Origin: Sphyrna mokarran
Lineage: Eukaryota
Direction: 5' to 3'
Length of the DNA: 64,000 nt
NCBI GenBank assembly: GCA_024679065.1
Contig: JAGIQG010000016.1
Coordinates: 14,074,001-14,138,000 of the forward strand
Below the pieces are notes generated by a model. The model was not told the DNA's origin. It made no database searches and saw only the letters and a program-made list of their open reading frames with translations. The position numbers and the translations under genes were made by a program. Within the stretch, counting starts at the first letter, position 1; each line of letters opens with the position of its first letter. Shown piece by piece: positions 12,180 to 27,100 of this stretch.

Positions 12180-13740
12180 TTATTTCTTCCGCCTTTGTCA
12201 AACTGACTATTATCTTGATCCGAATATATCTTCAAAAGATTCGCCACCATTCTGGTAAACTTTGCTGGTCTGTCTTTCAATGGCATATTTCAACATACTG
12301 TTTGAATGATGTTATCATGTTTGCAAAACTTTTTGTGTCCTGGCGCTAAGTCCCAAAAAAATGAGAAAATAAAATCGATTCCTCCTGCAATGTCCTAATG
12401 TGTTCCGAACCTTCTATATGTGGCTGTGTTGTCAAGTCTGTTTTCTCCTCATCGATCATATAAACACGTTTTCTGAGTCGTCATTGCTTCATTCAACATT
12501 TAATGCACTCTGAATGCATATATTCCGTTTTTGCAATTCGTAGGGCTATAGCTTGAAAGTGATCGAAGTATCTCTCCTTAAATACAGTCATCCTTTAACA
12601 GTTAGCTCGTCTTCTCAATCGCTGATATCAATTCCTCTGAATCTATTCACAATCTTCTATAAGTTATGCTTCATCGGGATATTTGTTCTGAACATTTGAA
12701 TTGTGAAGCTACAATTAATGAAATATGGATTGATATTCTGCTGTATATCCCTCCTGACTATTAAACACTTGGTCCTATTCCATTCTCAAAAACGACACAC
12801 AGATGATTTCTTTCCCACATGGCTAAAAACATACTGTTGGAATTCAAACTATTATACATGCCTTGCAATTCTTAATACTTTCCTTGGTAACTTGTTCTTC
12901 CACATTTACTTCACTATTTGCTGGCATTGGAACTAGAATGAGCACATCTTGTCCATCCTCTCCATATTCTGCGTCCTTACCTTTAACCAACATCCGCTCA
13001 TTTAAATATGCAGGGCATTCCCTCCCTTCTCTTAGCAACACTATTACGTTCCCTTTAATCAATACGGTCGGCTCCCACTTTTGTTCCTTCCCATCTTTCC
13101 TGAAAACCTACATAAGGGAAACATTTAATACCTAGCACATTCCTTCTTTGATTCACATTCTTTTAACGTAACATAACGCATGTATTAAGCATTCAAATCC
13201 TACTATCGCTCTTTCTCTAACACCAAACACGTTGCAAAAAATATACATCCACGCAATCCCAGTTCTATTGATGTTGCTTAAGAGTAATGACTTTAAATTG
13301 TATTGTCTCAAATAATATTTTATTCATTCGCCCACACCTTAAATTATCCCAAAATGTTGTAGACAGAGAGATGGATCCGCAATGCCCATCAGCCAATCAG
13401 CACAGGTCTTTTCTGTGAATGTTGTAGTCTGATTTTCTTTGTGCTTCTGCTTCTCAGTGCTCCAGAATTGAATATCAAAAATCCAGCTTTGTCTCGCAGT
13501 GATCCTTCTCTGCTTCACTCTGCTCACAACCACCACTGCTGTGTTTCTACTACGGCTATTTTCAGTCTTGACAAGCTTCTCATCGATCCATATCCGCTTC
13601 AACAATAATCCTGCTGTGCGCTGCATGGGCCTGCAAGCCCTGACGTTAACCTCAGCGTTTGCGCATAGATTGTGGTTGATGCTATCATTGAGAATGGAAA
13701 TGTTCCTGGGGCCTCCTTCTCCTACAGTAAATTCTTAATT
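12180..13740 (-). mobile_element. Highly decayed CR1-type LINE (ORF2 5'/endonuclease region)
   Basis: Weak translated remnants and typical CR1 composition; boundaries approximate. Confidence 0.4.
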
Positions 13741-16074
13741 TGCCTATCACATGACCAAAGAGAGTACGAATTGGGACTCTAATCATAAAAAGTTCTTTCG
13801 ATTCTGATCCTTGCCATGCATAGCTTATGTGTTGTGACTTCACGAGGTAAACAAGCCGGTGGTGGTATGCTGGCTGCTATTCTTGTCGCTCTTTCTAGTA
13901 CACATGTAGAAGTGTAGATGAGCGGATTAAATCTGATGACAGCTTGTGGAACATACAGGAGCTATGAGGTTACTGGTTGTGTAAAAACACAGTTGGTCAT
14001 CTAATGATCGTTCGAGGCATCTCAGGGATGGGCCGTTCTAAGCTTTTGTATCTGTTCATAATCTAGCTCCATAATCTACTAGTAATGTCACAAACAGGGT
14101 AGATGCTGTGTTCAGAAGGAAGAGTGGTCTTTGCTCCATAAGGACTAAAACTGAAACTTGATACCGTTATATAGTGCAAATATTTGCCTTAGAAATGTAT
14201 TTTTAATGAACAACAATGTAGTAGGTTTCAGCCTCGAGTTGCTACTCTCATCATCTGCTGCAACCTGTTCTTTTGCTCTTCACGACTCGATCAGCACAGT
14301 AATGGTTCGGCCTTGAACGATAATTGATGCACAGTGAAGTCTCTACTCAGAGATATTTTGTACTTTGAACGTTAATTTCAATGTGCTTTAAACATATTAG
14401 CGTGTGGATGTAGCAATTAAGGTACACCATTAGATGGTCATCAGTAGCAATTATATCTGTCGATGCTTTGCCGTTCCCCCATTACCCAGCTTGCAGAACA
14501 CTACGTTCCTACCTCTCAGTGGGTTTTAGGAGCTATTGTTGATCAGTTTGTAGAAAAGTTCTCTCAATTTTGTGCAATTGACTAGTTTTTAGTAAGGAAA
14601 TCTTTCCATGGTACAAACAAGCCGGTGTCCTATTGGCATCTTCGAACCTAGTGCCTACATTGATCTTAATTATCCTTTCAAGTCATGTAATGTATTATTG
14701 GTTAGCTTAACATCTTTGAAAGATCTTAGTATCTCAAAAGGAATAGTTAAGACTGAACCACATGGAATTGGCATGGTTCCACATATGTGGCCAAACCAAT
14801 TATGGTGCTACATTTTCTTCCCAAATGTGAAGTGCTCTTTACATCGTTCAATTACTTTCATGGTCAACATTACAGGTGCTAGCTTTATTTTGTTAGCTCC
14901 AAATCATATTACTTCCATTTTATCGTCTTCATTTACATTTGCTGAACTTCCGACCAATGTCAACAGGAATTTCTAATAGCACAGCATCGAAGATATTATG
15001 AAACATTTATCACTCTATGGATAATTATATTGCTAAAAGTTTGAGATAAATATAACAGAGAGCTTGTGATAATGAATCAGCACCACACGATTGTTCCTTG
15101 GAGCATAGAATGTTAGAATTCCTACAGTGCTGAAAGGGGGCAGCTTGTCCATCTAGTCTGTAACGACTTGTTGAGCATATGGTTTTGTAAAGATGAGTAG
15201 AGTAATTGTAGTTTGAAAAGTAGAATGCTAGAACTTGATGTTTGTAAAATTGTAAAATGCTAAGAAGAGAACGCGTTGCATGATTCTGATAAAATGATTC
15301 TTTTGTGCTTAAGTTTAACAATTCAAGCACATAGACTGCCCAAAATGAAACTTTTTTTTCAAAAACCTGAGCAGTAGTGTTACCAAGGCAAGAGTCTTTC
15401 AACCTTTTGATTTTTTTTTAAATTTAGGTAATCAATTTGAATTAGGCAGTTAGATACCAAAAACATATTAAGTTTAAACCTTAAGGTTTTGACAATATAG
15501 GATAATCCTTTTGTGGGAAATATTGATATGGCATCACAGGTATAAAAGAAGGGGGCAGTGAGACAAAATGAGAGAGCAACTACCCCGTCATAGCTGACAG
15601 CGCTTAACTCAAAGCCCCATCTAGACAGTAATGGTGCCAAAGAAGAGAGAAGAATGCACAGAGAAGGCTCAAAGTATTCCAGAAAATAGGCAATCTAGAA
15701 AGTAACTACATTATTTGTTTTTGTTAGTGAGTAGAATTTGTATTAACTCGAACAGCATGTCATTAGGATTTGTTCTATTCTGTCTGTTAATAGTTTTATG
15801 AAGCTGCTGTCTCTTAGTTAGATAAGTAGGTAAATAATTTTAGACTGAGAGTCAGGCATGTATTTCGAATTTAACAACCAGCAGTTTATGACGAGTAATC
15901 ACACCATTTCACACACATGTTTTACAGATTATGGGGTGAGGTACTCTTCTTTGAGGTTGTTGGTGTGTTTCCTCAGAGATGGGAATAATTTCCGCTTTGC
16001 AAAAATGTTCATATTTTCTGGTATTTCCAAACATTACTGAAGTGATTCCCTTTTCACAGCCAATCCATGGATAA

Positions 16075-17400
16075 CTCACAGTTATCCACTTCTCCAGCTT
16101 CCGCTATAAGAATGTTAAATATGCCATCACCCACAGACAAGCTCTGCACACACAGTGGACCTGCTCGGATGAAGAGAAACGCGATAGACATCTTCAGACA
16201 CTGAAAAATGCCCGCATAGGAGCAGGATACGATTTGCAACTCATCGAGCGAATATTCCAAACTGCCTCTACGAAATACTATAACACTGTACTCAGGAGAC
16301 AGATGCAGGACAAGAACGGCAGTTTCCTCGTCATTGTTCAATCCTTCCCAGAGCAGAGAACTGCACCAGCTTTTTGCAGTCTTCAACCTGATATCAATTA
16401 CGACAAAAATCTTGCCAAGTGAATCCCTGCATCTTCACTACTCACCTTCAAACAACCACCTTAAGCAAACCATCGTTTTCAGCCCTCAGAACAGCAGTTG
16501 TGACGCCATACAGTCCTCCTACGGAAACCACTGCTGGACATGCCGGATCATCGATCAAATATCACCATCACACGAGAAAACACGACCTACCAATACACAG
16601 TAAGTACTCATGTGATTCGGTCAATATAGAAAGAATGTCACAGGACATGGTATATCAGCGAAACCGGCTAGATATTATGGTAATGGGTGAAAGAAAACCA
16701 CACAGCAACCGCCAGGCAGTTGTATTCCCCCCCAGTTGGAGAACACTTCAGTTGTCAAGGACATTCCGTCTCCGATCTTTGAATAAGCCTTTTGCTAGGC
16801 AGTCCTCGAGGCGCATAACAGTACCGAATCGCCGAGCAGGAACAAATGAACAAGTTCGACCTGAACCGTAACCTTAGGTTCCGATCTCGCTAAATGCAAC
16901 CCCACCATTTTGTTTGATGGAGGAAGAATCTCGCTAACTGTTCTGTTATAACACCATGGACGCGTTGAATATGGGTGACGATTACTCCATCTGATTTATT
17001 CTGCATTGTGTTTCACAACATCTCATTCTTTGATTGTTTATAATTTTCTCTCGGCCTTAATTTATAAGTTCTTAGGTAATTCCTGCACTTACTATTCGGC
17101 TGTTGAAACGTTGCATATACTGATTACACAACTGTTTGCATTTGTCGATTAGCGCTCGTGATTACTTGTGAAGCCCTGTTATTCAGTCAATCTGCACTGT
17201 CTGTGCTTATCCTTTGATATTCTGTCGTTACTTCACCGATGTATTCTGTGTCTGTGTATCTCGCTTCACTTCACCTAACGAAGGAGCAATGCCCTCAAAC
17301 CTTGTGATTTCAAATGAGCGCATTAGTCTGTAACCTTGTACTGTGTGACCACTCATCTTGTCCAGCCTAGTCCAACTTCGACATCTGCACGTCATGCCAT
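16075..17400 (+). mobile_element. Decayed Penelope-like element (RT thumb, GIY-YIG region, 3' terminal repeat)
   Basis: Remnants CSDEEKRDRHLQTLKNA, AGYDLQLIER, FKQPP, CWTCRIID, KYSCDSVN, PVGEH; terminal repeat with decayed hammerhead core ctaacgaaggagc...caaa at about 17275-17300. Confidence 0.85.
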
Positions 17401-17845
17401 TTCAATGTTCGCCGAAGAAAACGGTCTGAAAAGAGTACGACAAAAAACATTGACATGCTTTGGACGTTGATTCAGAAATCGAACTCAGCTTCTGGCGCAT
17501 AAGAAAAGGTTATCGCGTGGGCTGCTGGCCTAATGTTTCAATTCGTCTCTCAAAATAAACAACGAGGATCGTCAATAATGTAACTATCCACCTTGCATTA
17601 CTAACCACTCCCAGCCCGTATTGCCTCATAGGCTTATCATCTTCCAAACTCTGTCATTGGAAGCTGCTAGGAAACTGCAAGAAGTGATACAAACATCACT
17701 GGGTTTTTGTAATAAAGCAAGAGGAAAGACAAAATAAGGGATAATTACACATCCTAAATTGATTCAAATCAGTGGTTTAACGGAAACCTAATGAGGCAAG
17801 AACGACTTATTTGTAAAACGTTTGCATTATTTATCTTTCTCATAG

Positions 17846-17872
17846 AACAAAATCATAAGCAGAAGGAGAAAG
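17846..17872 (+). CDS. Coiled-coil microexon 6 (27 nt): EQNHKQKEK
   Basis: ttatctttctcatag|AACAAAAT...GAGAAAG|gtaaga. Confidence 0.85.
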
Positions 17873-18892
17873 GTAAGAATATCCCAACAAAATAAAATGA
17901 CCCTTATTATGTTGACACAGTCCATGAAAGACCTTTGAACACCCCTCAATAATGCTTCCAAAAGTTTCGACGTGCGGAGAATTTTCACCATGAGGCTTTA
18001 AAAACTATGCACGAAAAGTCCAACCAAATATTAAAACAGATGACTTGTTTGTAACCCGCTAAACAGAAACTACATGTAGAAAATCTCAATCTGCCTCCAT
18101 TGTCCTGATGTTTATTATACTAATCGGAAGGTATTTCTCAACAGATTGCCTATTCCTGTGTCGTTGTTCTTATGCTAATTTTTTTTTAGAAGTCATTTCT
18201 ATTTATCAAATGCCAATTTGACTGTCACCAGTAAGTCTCGTGTATGCCAGAGAGAACATATTTCATCCTAACATCTGGTAACTTCGTTTTAACCTGGGGT
18301 AATGCAATCTGGTTATTTGAGTGTGCTATCCTGGGGTTCATAAGAGTGGGGTCTGAGTAGATTCATTGACAGGAAGAGTCGTGTCACTGAGTGTGGCCAG
18401 GCTCACACAGACAACCAAGCTCAGTTGTGCCTGGAACCTCTAGGAAAAAGTATGTATCTATCTATTTCAATTTTCTGGAGATTGGAGCCTGGGAAAGAAC
18501 AGAATATAAGATTATTTATCTGAAGTTCCGCTATTAAAGATTGATCTGTCTCTGGAGTGCGTTCAATGGCCGTTGGAATACATGCATCTGTTTGTATTTC
18601 TGTCCAGAAATGTTAGGCTGAAAGTTTAGCATCCAGAAAATCCTAATGTTTTGTACCAGCTGCTGCTGAAGGGGTATTTATATTGTGGGTAACTGCTGGA
18701 AACAGTCCATTTTAAGAAAAGATATAAGAAGCAATTTAAACAGTGACATTCGGAAGACGATAATTGATAAGTTAAGGATAGACATTCGCTGGCGAATGAT
18801 TAAAGATAAGTGGATTAGATAGCTGACTATTCCTTTTTCTTAGATGTTACTGTTATGATCCACTAACTGAATTGCTTCTTCATTGTGCTGGT

Positions 18893-19130
18893 ACGGTGGA
18901 ACAGTGGTATTGACAGTGGGCAAACGATCCAAAGATAATTCGCTGGGGATACACATTTGAATCCTACGTTGGAGATCTTTAGTTTTGAATTTAAATATAT
19001 ACGATGATGTTAAAGTTGTTGTTTATAGTAATCGAATTTTGGTTCACTAATGTGATCTGGAGAAGAAAACCTGGCATGTTTAATTGGTCCAGCCAACACT
19101 TACCTCTAAATTGACTGCAGTGAGGATAAC
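18893..19130 (+). mobile_element. Decayed tRNA-headed SINE (SacSINE1/DeuSINE-like)
   Basis: A/B-box-like gtggaacagtggtatt...tttgaatccta followed by tttgaatttaa and ggttcactaatgt; similarity recalled, not computed. Confidence 0.4.
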
Positions 19131-19230
19131 TAAAAGCCATTTCTATGAAAGGATCTAGCAAATCAGTCACTTCAAGTATATGTATATACATGTATGTATA
19201 TACAATTATAATATATATATTATATATATA

Positions 19231-19231
19231 C

Positions 19232-19267
<36 letters not shown>
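19231..19267. repeat. (TG)n microsatellite preceded by AT-rich low complexity
   Basis: Direct reading. Confidence 0.95.
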
Positions 19268-19271
<4 letters not shown>

Positions 19272-19756
19272 CGGATTCATTCTCATTCTACACAATCCAT
19301 GACAAAAAAGTCCAATCTCTAATTCCAACTTGTTTCCCACATTTAGTTGTTGTTTTTCTGATTTTATAAGCATGTCGTACTTCAAAGACTGGATTATGTG
19401 AAAAGTGTTTCCGCTACTGTCATGAAAATTCTCATTACAAATTAAATTTGTGTTATTTTATTTGACGAAATTTCTTCTATTTCTGAGATACAACAAATGC
19501 TCGGATGATGCTGAACACGAATGATTTCAAAAGAAAAATGTAATTCTACACAATTTAATAATAGAACAGAAAACACACTTATAACAATTATTTTTGGTGT
19601 GTGTTTCAGGAACCTCTTTTCTTCAACCTGCCAATTAATGCTCTTGGGATCATCTGTGCATTTCAACATTGGGAGTTTATCTGAATTTCAATGTAAAGAT
19701 ATTAGATGTTATTATCTTATTTAATAATATAAATGTCAGTATTACCTCTTTTTTAG

Positions 19757-19783
19757 AATACAAAGTTCTTTTGCAAAACTGCA
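19757..19783 (+). CDS. Coiled-coil microexon 7 (27 nt): EYKVLLQNC
   Basis: acctcttttttag|AATACAAA...AACTGCA|gtaagt. Confidence 0.78.
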
Positions 19784-21499
19784 GTAAGTATAACAATCGC
19801 AATAATCGTGACTCTGTCTGGACACTTTCTCCAACATTTGGTATATTATGGAATTGTTGGTTGAATTGAAATGTATGCTGCAGCAAAAAATCGGTAAATG
19901 TGAATTTCTAGCAAAAGTGCTTAAAAAAGTTTTTAGCTGAGACCATTATTAATGTGAGGTGATGGATAGCGCGACTGGTGGGTTAAGGTGAAGGAAATTA
20001 GGATGCACGTTATGTACAGTACATGGTCATGGAAAGACTATTTGCAAAGAATGGACGATTATTGTGTTATTGAATTTGATTGAATCGATCGGAATCCACT
20101 GAAAGGATAGCATTACCATCCAACCTCGTTATAAGTACAAAACATGGTTCACGTACAGCGATGAAAGAATTGCATTCAGACCATGGATGGCGTTCATGGA
20201 ACGGATAGCACATGAGGCACCGAACTTGCTACCATCAAGATCTAATTGAGCCAAAGGTGCGGTGCATATTCGGCAAACGAATGTAATTGCACCACACTGA
20301 AATTAAGTGCAAATCATGTTTGAACGGTTCGAGAAGATAAAGGAGAGCAATCCCATGCCGATCATAACCACTGCAATAGACCAATTTGGAAAAGGAGCCA
20401 CTACTTGCGCCAGAAATATTTTGCAATCGTGAGATATAATGCGGATCAGTAAGGGCAGAGAGCCCACGTTCCCGACTGAGGCTATAAAGGATTAAGAAAA
20501 AAAAGTTGCATGTACTGGTCACTATGGAATACAGAAAATGCTGTCCAGATTACAAGGGCCTTGAAATTCTAAGATTGAAGGCAGCATACAAGTTTTTTTA
20601 CAAACATGGATGAGTAAAATGGAGTACTTCGTGTGAGGGTAAATGGCAGATGAAGGAAAGTATAGTAATGTAGAAATAAGATGACTGATTTCTAGTTTAA
20701 GTGAAGAAATATACACATAGACTGTGACTATTAGGAGGGCTATAATATGGAAAACGTGCATTGTTACTAGTAACATTGGTAGGATGACCGTGGGTACAAT
20801 TACAAGAATGTTGTTCTACAAAGTGGCTCAATGTCACTCTTTATATATTCTGATGGAATTATTGTTGTTGAAAGCCTGGGGAATGCACTCATTCAAAACA
20901 ATGTCTCACTATAAAACGTTTCTTTTTTTGGAATTCAGCAAGTTTATTAGCAAATTATGTATGAAACATATTTCAAGTTCTAATATTGTAGAATCATTGC
21001 ATTGTTATTGACTTGTGCAAATCAATAAGCTGGTATAATGCAAATGTGAAAGGCAAACTAAACAACTAATTTGGTAGTTCTAACAGGGGCGATAAGCTTT
21101 AATATTAGAGAAAGATCAAAACAAACGTTATGCAGCTCAATGAATTTCTACTCATATCAAACATGCCCCAATGTCAGTTAGACAAAGAGAAACTGAGATT
21201 AGAGTCATGTGTTAGCAATCAACAAACGCATGTACGGGCAGTGCAATTTTCCTATCAAAGCATCACGTCCCAATGATATTTCCCATGAACGTTACAAATA
21301 CAATTTGACTAAAAAAAAGACAACCGAGGTATATTAAAACATACAATGTATATTTCGTACCTAATTGAAACACATCAGTTTTAAGCTGAAGATTCAAAAA
21401 TGAGAGTGGGAATTTCAAGTGTTCTCTGAATGTACAGTGCAGCCGCCAGTTGATAATAATCTTGTTAAGATTGGGATCTGAAAATGAACGAAGGACGAG

Positions 21500-22120
21500 A
21501 ATAAAGAAGCATTTAAAAATAGCAGCAGGAGTGGACTATTTGGTCTATCGAGCCAGCTGCACCATTCATTATGATAAAAGCAAATTATTGCGAATGCTGG
21601 AACATTTATTATGGCTGATTATCTATCTCTATCTAAATCATAAGAACTTCTCTCCCCTTACAACCTTCGCTGTCCACAAATCTATTAATTCATATTTAAA
21701 AAAAAACATTCAGTGATCTGAACTCCACAAAATGACTGATCGTAAGACATGAGTGTGTGGCCTCTTTCCGTAGCTGTGAAGTTTACCTACACTGCTTCGA
21801 ATTCAAATTTGTAACTTCTTAGATAAGGAGACAAAAACTGCACAGGATGCTTCAGGGCCCTGTAAAGCTGCAACGAGACAACCTTCCTCCTGTATGCGAA
21901 GAATCTTCCAATGAAGCTGAATAATCTATTTGTCTTCCTAACTGCTTACTGTATCTGCGTGCTTCCTTTCGACTGTTGTACAGAGGAACCCATGTTCTTT
22001 TGTATATTAACATTTCCCAATATATCACCATTTATTCCCAATATATCACCATTTAAATAATGTTTGGCGATGCTCTTTCTCCCTTACACTTATCCAATTT
22101 ATGCAGCATCTGACATGCAT
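21500..22120 (-). mobile_element. Decayed CR1 LINE 3' fragment
   Basis: Reverse tail atagcagcaggagtggactatttgg; cttagataaggagacaaaaactgcacag (QFWSP-like on minus strand). Confidence 0.55.
22014..22055. repeat. 21-bp tandem duplication
   Basis: ttcccaatatatcaccattta twice. Confidence 0.9.
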
Positions 22121-22682
22121 TTTCATGTAAAGTGGACTCCGTTCCTAACAGCACTATATGTGCACCAGTACGTTAGTGTCCGCAGCGGTTCGAAAAGGCA
22201 TCCCACCACTCCCTTCTAAGGGTTACTAGTGATGGGCAATAAATGCTGGTAACTGAAATATAACTTAATGTTTCCTCTAAATGAAATTGGCCCTCAATGA
22301 ATTCTAATGGAAAGGAATCCGTTTGCATTGTGTCCTTCACTAAGATTAATATGTTTAATGTGCCTTCAAGCTAGGTCGATAAGACTGGGTACAGATTATT
22401 TGAAAAGAAAGTATTCAAATGTGGGAATATTAAATGCTTTGAAAGTTTTAATGATGGGCATGTCGGTCTTCAATTATATAATCATCAACGCCTCCCCCGC
22501 CCCCTCGCCGCAGCTTACCAGTTGCGGGGGAGAAAAAAAATAAGCAGCGTTGAATGGGAAACACGATTTGGCCTGTCGAAAAAGTGAAAACTGGCACCTA
22601 ATTTTCTATTAGAAAAATCGATGAGAGAGAGAGAGCAGCGCAGAACATGGGGCTCAAGAGTTCTCTTTTCGTTGTTTTGCAG

Positions 22683-22709
22683 AGGAAGAAATAGAGGGAA
22701 AAAAATCAG
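22683..22709 (+). CDS. Coiled-coil microexon 8 (27 nt): KEEIEGKKS
   Basis: ttctcttttcgttgttttgcag|AGGAAGAA...AAATCAG|gtaaat; junction A+AG = Lys. Confidence 0.82.
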
Positions 22710-23976
22710 GTAAATGATAACAGCTAATTCCAATACTCTGCTCAACCGATGGGAAGAATATGTGTGAAATTCCATTAACGGAAAAGATTGAGAGGAATGA
22801 GCAGATCTTCTCTCTCTCTAGTAAGTTAGTTCAAGATCGTTGTTTACTGTTTTAATAACCCGTTAGGCTGTTGTTATTATTATTATTGTAATAATAATTG
22901 CTATGATTATCATCATTACCATCATTCTTCTAGACTAATATTAGAATAGCATATTACTGAGTAAAGTTAGAATAGTTTACAAACCAGAATTATTGTGATC
23001 TTTGTAAAAATCCTGAATTGTTCAGTAAAACAATATAACTGCTGAACAATAGGTCTATCCTATTTCTGTCCTGCATGACAAAGACACAAAATGTAGCTAA
23101 AATCCCATTTGGAATTTTAGCCATTGACATGAATGCTCAACATTTACGTATCGTGCCGTTAATTGAGATATATATAAGAGATGTAGCGACCGCTTTGGTA
23201 CACATTCGTATATGCCCACATAGAAGTTCAGCCTTTAAGTGTTCGTGGTATCTCGGCTAATATTACCAAGGACAAGAGTTTAGGATGCACTTCTCGAATA
23301 AATTCAAAACTACGATAATATTTTGTGTGGAGTGTTTTGAGGCCAATAACTGCTCTCTTGTTTGCAACTCCTGCTGCATAATGTTGAGAGAGAAGCATAA
23401 TGGAAAGTTCATGCAACAACTTGTAACCAAGGAAGTGACATTGTTCTAAATATCCTCATGGGTAACTTTTGCAGAATTCCAATTAGAGGGAACAAAGCGT
23501 GTTTCCATTCAAGACTCATCACTGTGCTCGAAATAACAGCAATACCATTCAGATAAATGCTTGATTCAGTAGTGAAGGAGCCAACATCTTGCATTAGACG
23601 TTACTTCAATGCGCAGTATGCCCTTGAAACCTGCAATATAGTTTCAGTGTGAAATTATTACATGCTAGGAAAAAACTCTAGAAACGGAAATATTCCATAG
23701 CATCCGTCTCAGCATTATTGTCAGTAGTACAATCCATTTAAAAAATAGTAAAGTTAGCCGCTCGCCATCTCTATACCTTCCTGTAAGTAATCCATTTGTT
23801 TCAGCAGAATGCTTTATAAATACCTGAAGTGTTTTGCAATTCCTATAGATAGCCTTAGGTGATAAATAAATTTGCAATGACAGAGAGTACAAAAGGTTGT
23901 CAATTAACTCGTTATTTTTAAGCATTGATGATCAGTGTGCTTGAATGCCAGATGTATCTGATAATAGAGAAAGAAG

Positions 23977-24156
23977 GCCAAAGATGCGCGGGTTAGGTTG
24001 ATTGGCCATGCTAAAATTGACACTTAGTGTACTAAGATACATGGATTAGCGGGCAAATTATGTACGGATATTGAGGTAGGGTCTGGGTGGGATTGTGGTC
24101 GGTGCAGACTCGATGGGCCAAATTGCCTCTTTCTGCACTGTAGGCTTGCTATGATT
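23977..24156 (+). mobile_element. 5'-truncated HE1 SINE (3' half)
   Basis: ccaaagatgcgcgggttaggttgattggccatgctaaaattg...gactcgatgggccaaattgcctctttctgcactgtagg. Confidence 0.88.
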
Positions 24157-27100
24157 TCCACGAAGGTTACATCAGTATATCGATAGAGTTACTTGGTAAA
24201 ACCGAATGTCTTCTCGAAAATCCATTGTTATCGGACAACAAATTTGATGAAATTGGGCACAGAATATGGAAGCAGACTAAAATCACACTCAGAGCCTCTC
24301 CACTAAAAAATCACAGGCTAACAGGCAGGAGGATGCTTTTAGAATGCAAATGAGAGCTAGCACACAGGGGAAGTTGGTCAAATTTTCCTGGCACCCCAAG
24401 AAATAACTTAAAAAACATATCCCCACCCCACTAAATCAGCACTTCTAAACCAATCAAACAATCTACGGAGACACCTTCAGATTAGCATAGCCAAGGAAGC
24501 ATCCTTGGTCCCTCAAACTCACCTATTGTTCAAGCCTCGGAGATTCCAAACCATTGATAACTAATCAGACAAAAACGATTAATACATCCTTTATAAAATC
24601 ATCCCAATACTTAAATACATCTAGACAGGATGGCTAAAGTCAAATACTGTAAATAAAGCATTAACATTTGAATCGCATACTACACCAAAATTCCGGTATA
24701 ACTATAGCCCGTTACGGCGGGTCTTTAGAGTGCTTTCGGGACAGTTCGATTGTATGTCCTGACTGCATCTCCGTCGGCGTAAAAGAAAATAAAGCTGTAC
24801 CGTTGTTGAAGTGTAGTGGTCGTTTCGCCCACTCGCGCTAACACCATCAATTAATTACCTACTCTTTTTTTCTATATAATTTAATTGCTAATAGCGATAG
24901 AGATAGGCTGTTATGTGCACGTGGGTCCAAAATTCAGGATTCAGAAATGTATAGGTCAAGCAGCATTGCAGCCCATCTAAAAACAGTTTGGATAGGCATG
25001 TTGTTCGTTAGGCAGGAATTAACAATGCCAGCTTAAATTGATATTTAGAAACGAAAAACTGATTGCGAGTCCTTTTTATGTTAAATTCTATCGGCTTGAC
25101 CAAAACGGTGCGGACAGCATTCTTTGTGCTCCTCCAGAGAAATTCTAATACCCAACCAATGAGTTTATTTGAAAGGGGGTTAAAGTATTAGTAAGTAATT
25201 TGTCGCTAAATATAAATGTCAGCGCGTGGGACAGTAGAGTTTTAGGTATTTGGCAAGCTTTGAATTTTCAAGCATACTTTTCTTAGACTCCGTACCAGAG
25301 TGTTTTTTTTTCTTTTTGTATGAAGTCTCTGTCCCCTGATCAATCAGCAGCTAAAGTTCATATTATATGTTTCTGTAAAGCACAAGTATATAAGAGTGTG
25401 TAGCTTTAAAACAAACAAAAAAATGTGGTGAATTGCCCACATGAAGATTCAATCTAATTGCAGGACCTGTTGCCATTACAGGACAGAAAATGAAACTAAA
25501 ACAGGAACATGTAGAAATCCCCAATGACATGATCATGAAACCATATGAGCGTCGCTTGAAACAACCATGCAACAACTTATCTATATAAGCTTTACGTGCA
25601 TTTCTCGGTTCTTCGGGCACAATTCCAGTATTTATTAAAACTTCCCAGAGGTGAGAGTATTGATTTGAGAAGAAGTTGTTACGCTGGAATAAACCAATCT
25701 TCCATGCAGACATATAATTATTTTGTTCAGAACCCAGCAATAAAAGTAAAATGTGGTTGCACCTGATGCATGCAGGAAAATAGCAGAAAATATCCATAGC
25801 AGAATTTCAGAAATCACAAGCAAATTAAATGTAAATATTAATGGAATTTTGTTACAGTAATAATTTCTTGGAACGCGGTCAAGATAAACATTAGTGTCAT
25901 GGAGGACAATTTAAATTATGCTGTAAAGAACTTTCTCGACTTGTGTCTTCTGAGTCCAGCCAGAAACATGACATTGCTAGACCTATATTGAGCGATAAAG
26001 CAGGGCAAATGGGCTGAGTTACTGCGTGTAAATGCTTGGTTAATTGCTATCATCATATCATAAGGCTTTAATGCATGACGGAGAATAACAATGATAAAAC
26101 TAAAGAAGAAATGTAAATCTATAAGAACACTGTGTTCAGAGGGCTACAAGTGGATCTCACAGAGTAAAGCAGAGGCAAATGTGGATTGGAAAATCTATTA
26201 ACGAAGATGTGCCTTCGAAGAGGAATTACTGTAGGGAGAATTTGGACAGATCCCTGAGCGATTATAAGTTTTGAAAAAAAAACAAATCCAGAATCAATAA
26301 TTGGCAAGGGAGATAGAAATATAGAAACAGAAAATAGGAGATGGAGGAGACCATTCTCTAACATTATCGAACCATGCACATATGCAAAACGTCCCTCTGC
26401 TCCATTAGCAGTTTACCCTGTATATTATATCTTTTCTCCGTGTTCCTCCCATCAAATTGCGTGGTTTCATACTTTGTTGCATTGAACCTCGTTTATCAAT
26501 ACACCAAAATGACAATTTCAGTTGAAAAAAAAATGAGCTTTTCTCTCATAGTTCGCAACGATGCCCTGATTCTCATTATTGGGAACTTAAAATTGTGTCC
26601 TGTACGCCAAAGTCTGAGTAATGAACATATTTCACAAATATCATGCATTAGCACACTCCGAGCCAAAGGCTTGCGAGAAAAAACATCTGGTGCAAGAAAC
26701 AACATGGCATGTAACTTTTAGAAAGAATTAAGGAGAACAGGAACACGTTTGTAAAAATGAATTGTTTCCCGCGAATCCAAGGGGATTATTGGATGAAGTC
26801 GTAGAAAATGTAATGGACAGAAGTTGAACTTTTATGATTTTAAGAAAAGCATTTAGCAAAATGCATTTAAAAATGCAGTGTAAGAGAATTAAGGATCATG
26901 AAGTTGGAAGGTCAGTGTCAGCTAAAAACGAAAATCAAACACTTAAAAAGAGAATGCAAGGAACAGTAATGAACGATTAGCTTTCACATATGAGGATTGT
27001 ATATATGTTGGAATATGGACAACGTTATTCGCCTAGTGAGTTGTGGCCTCTTCGGAATTCTCTAACAACAAGATTTTGTATTCTCTGACTGTGAAAGATC

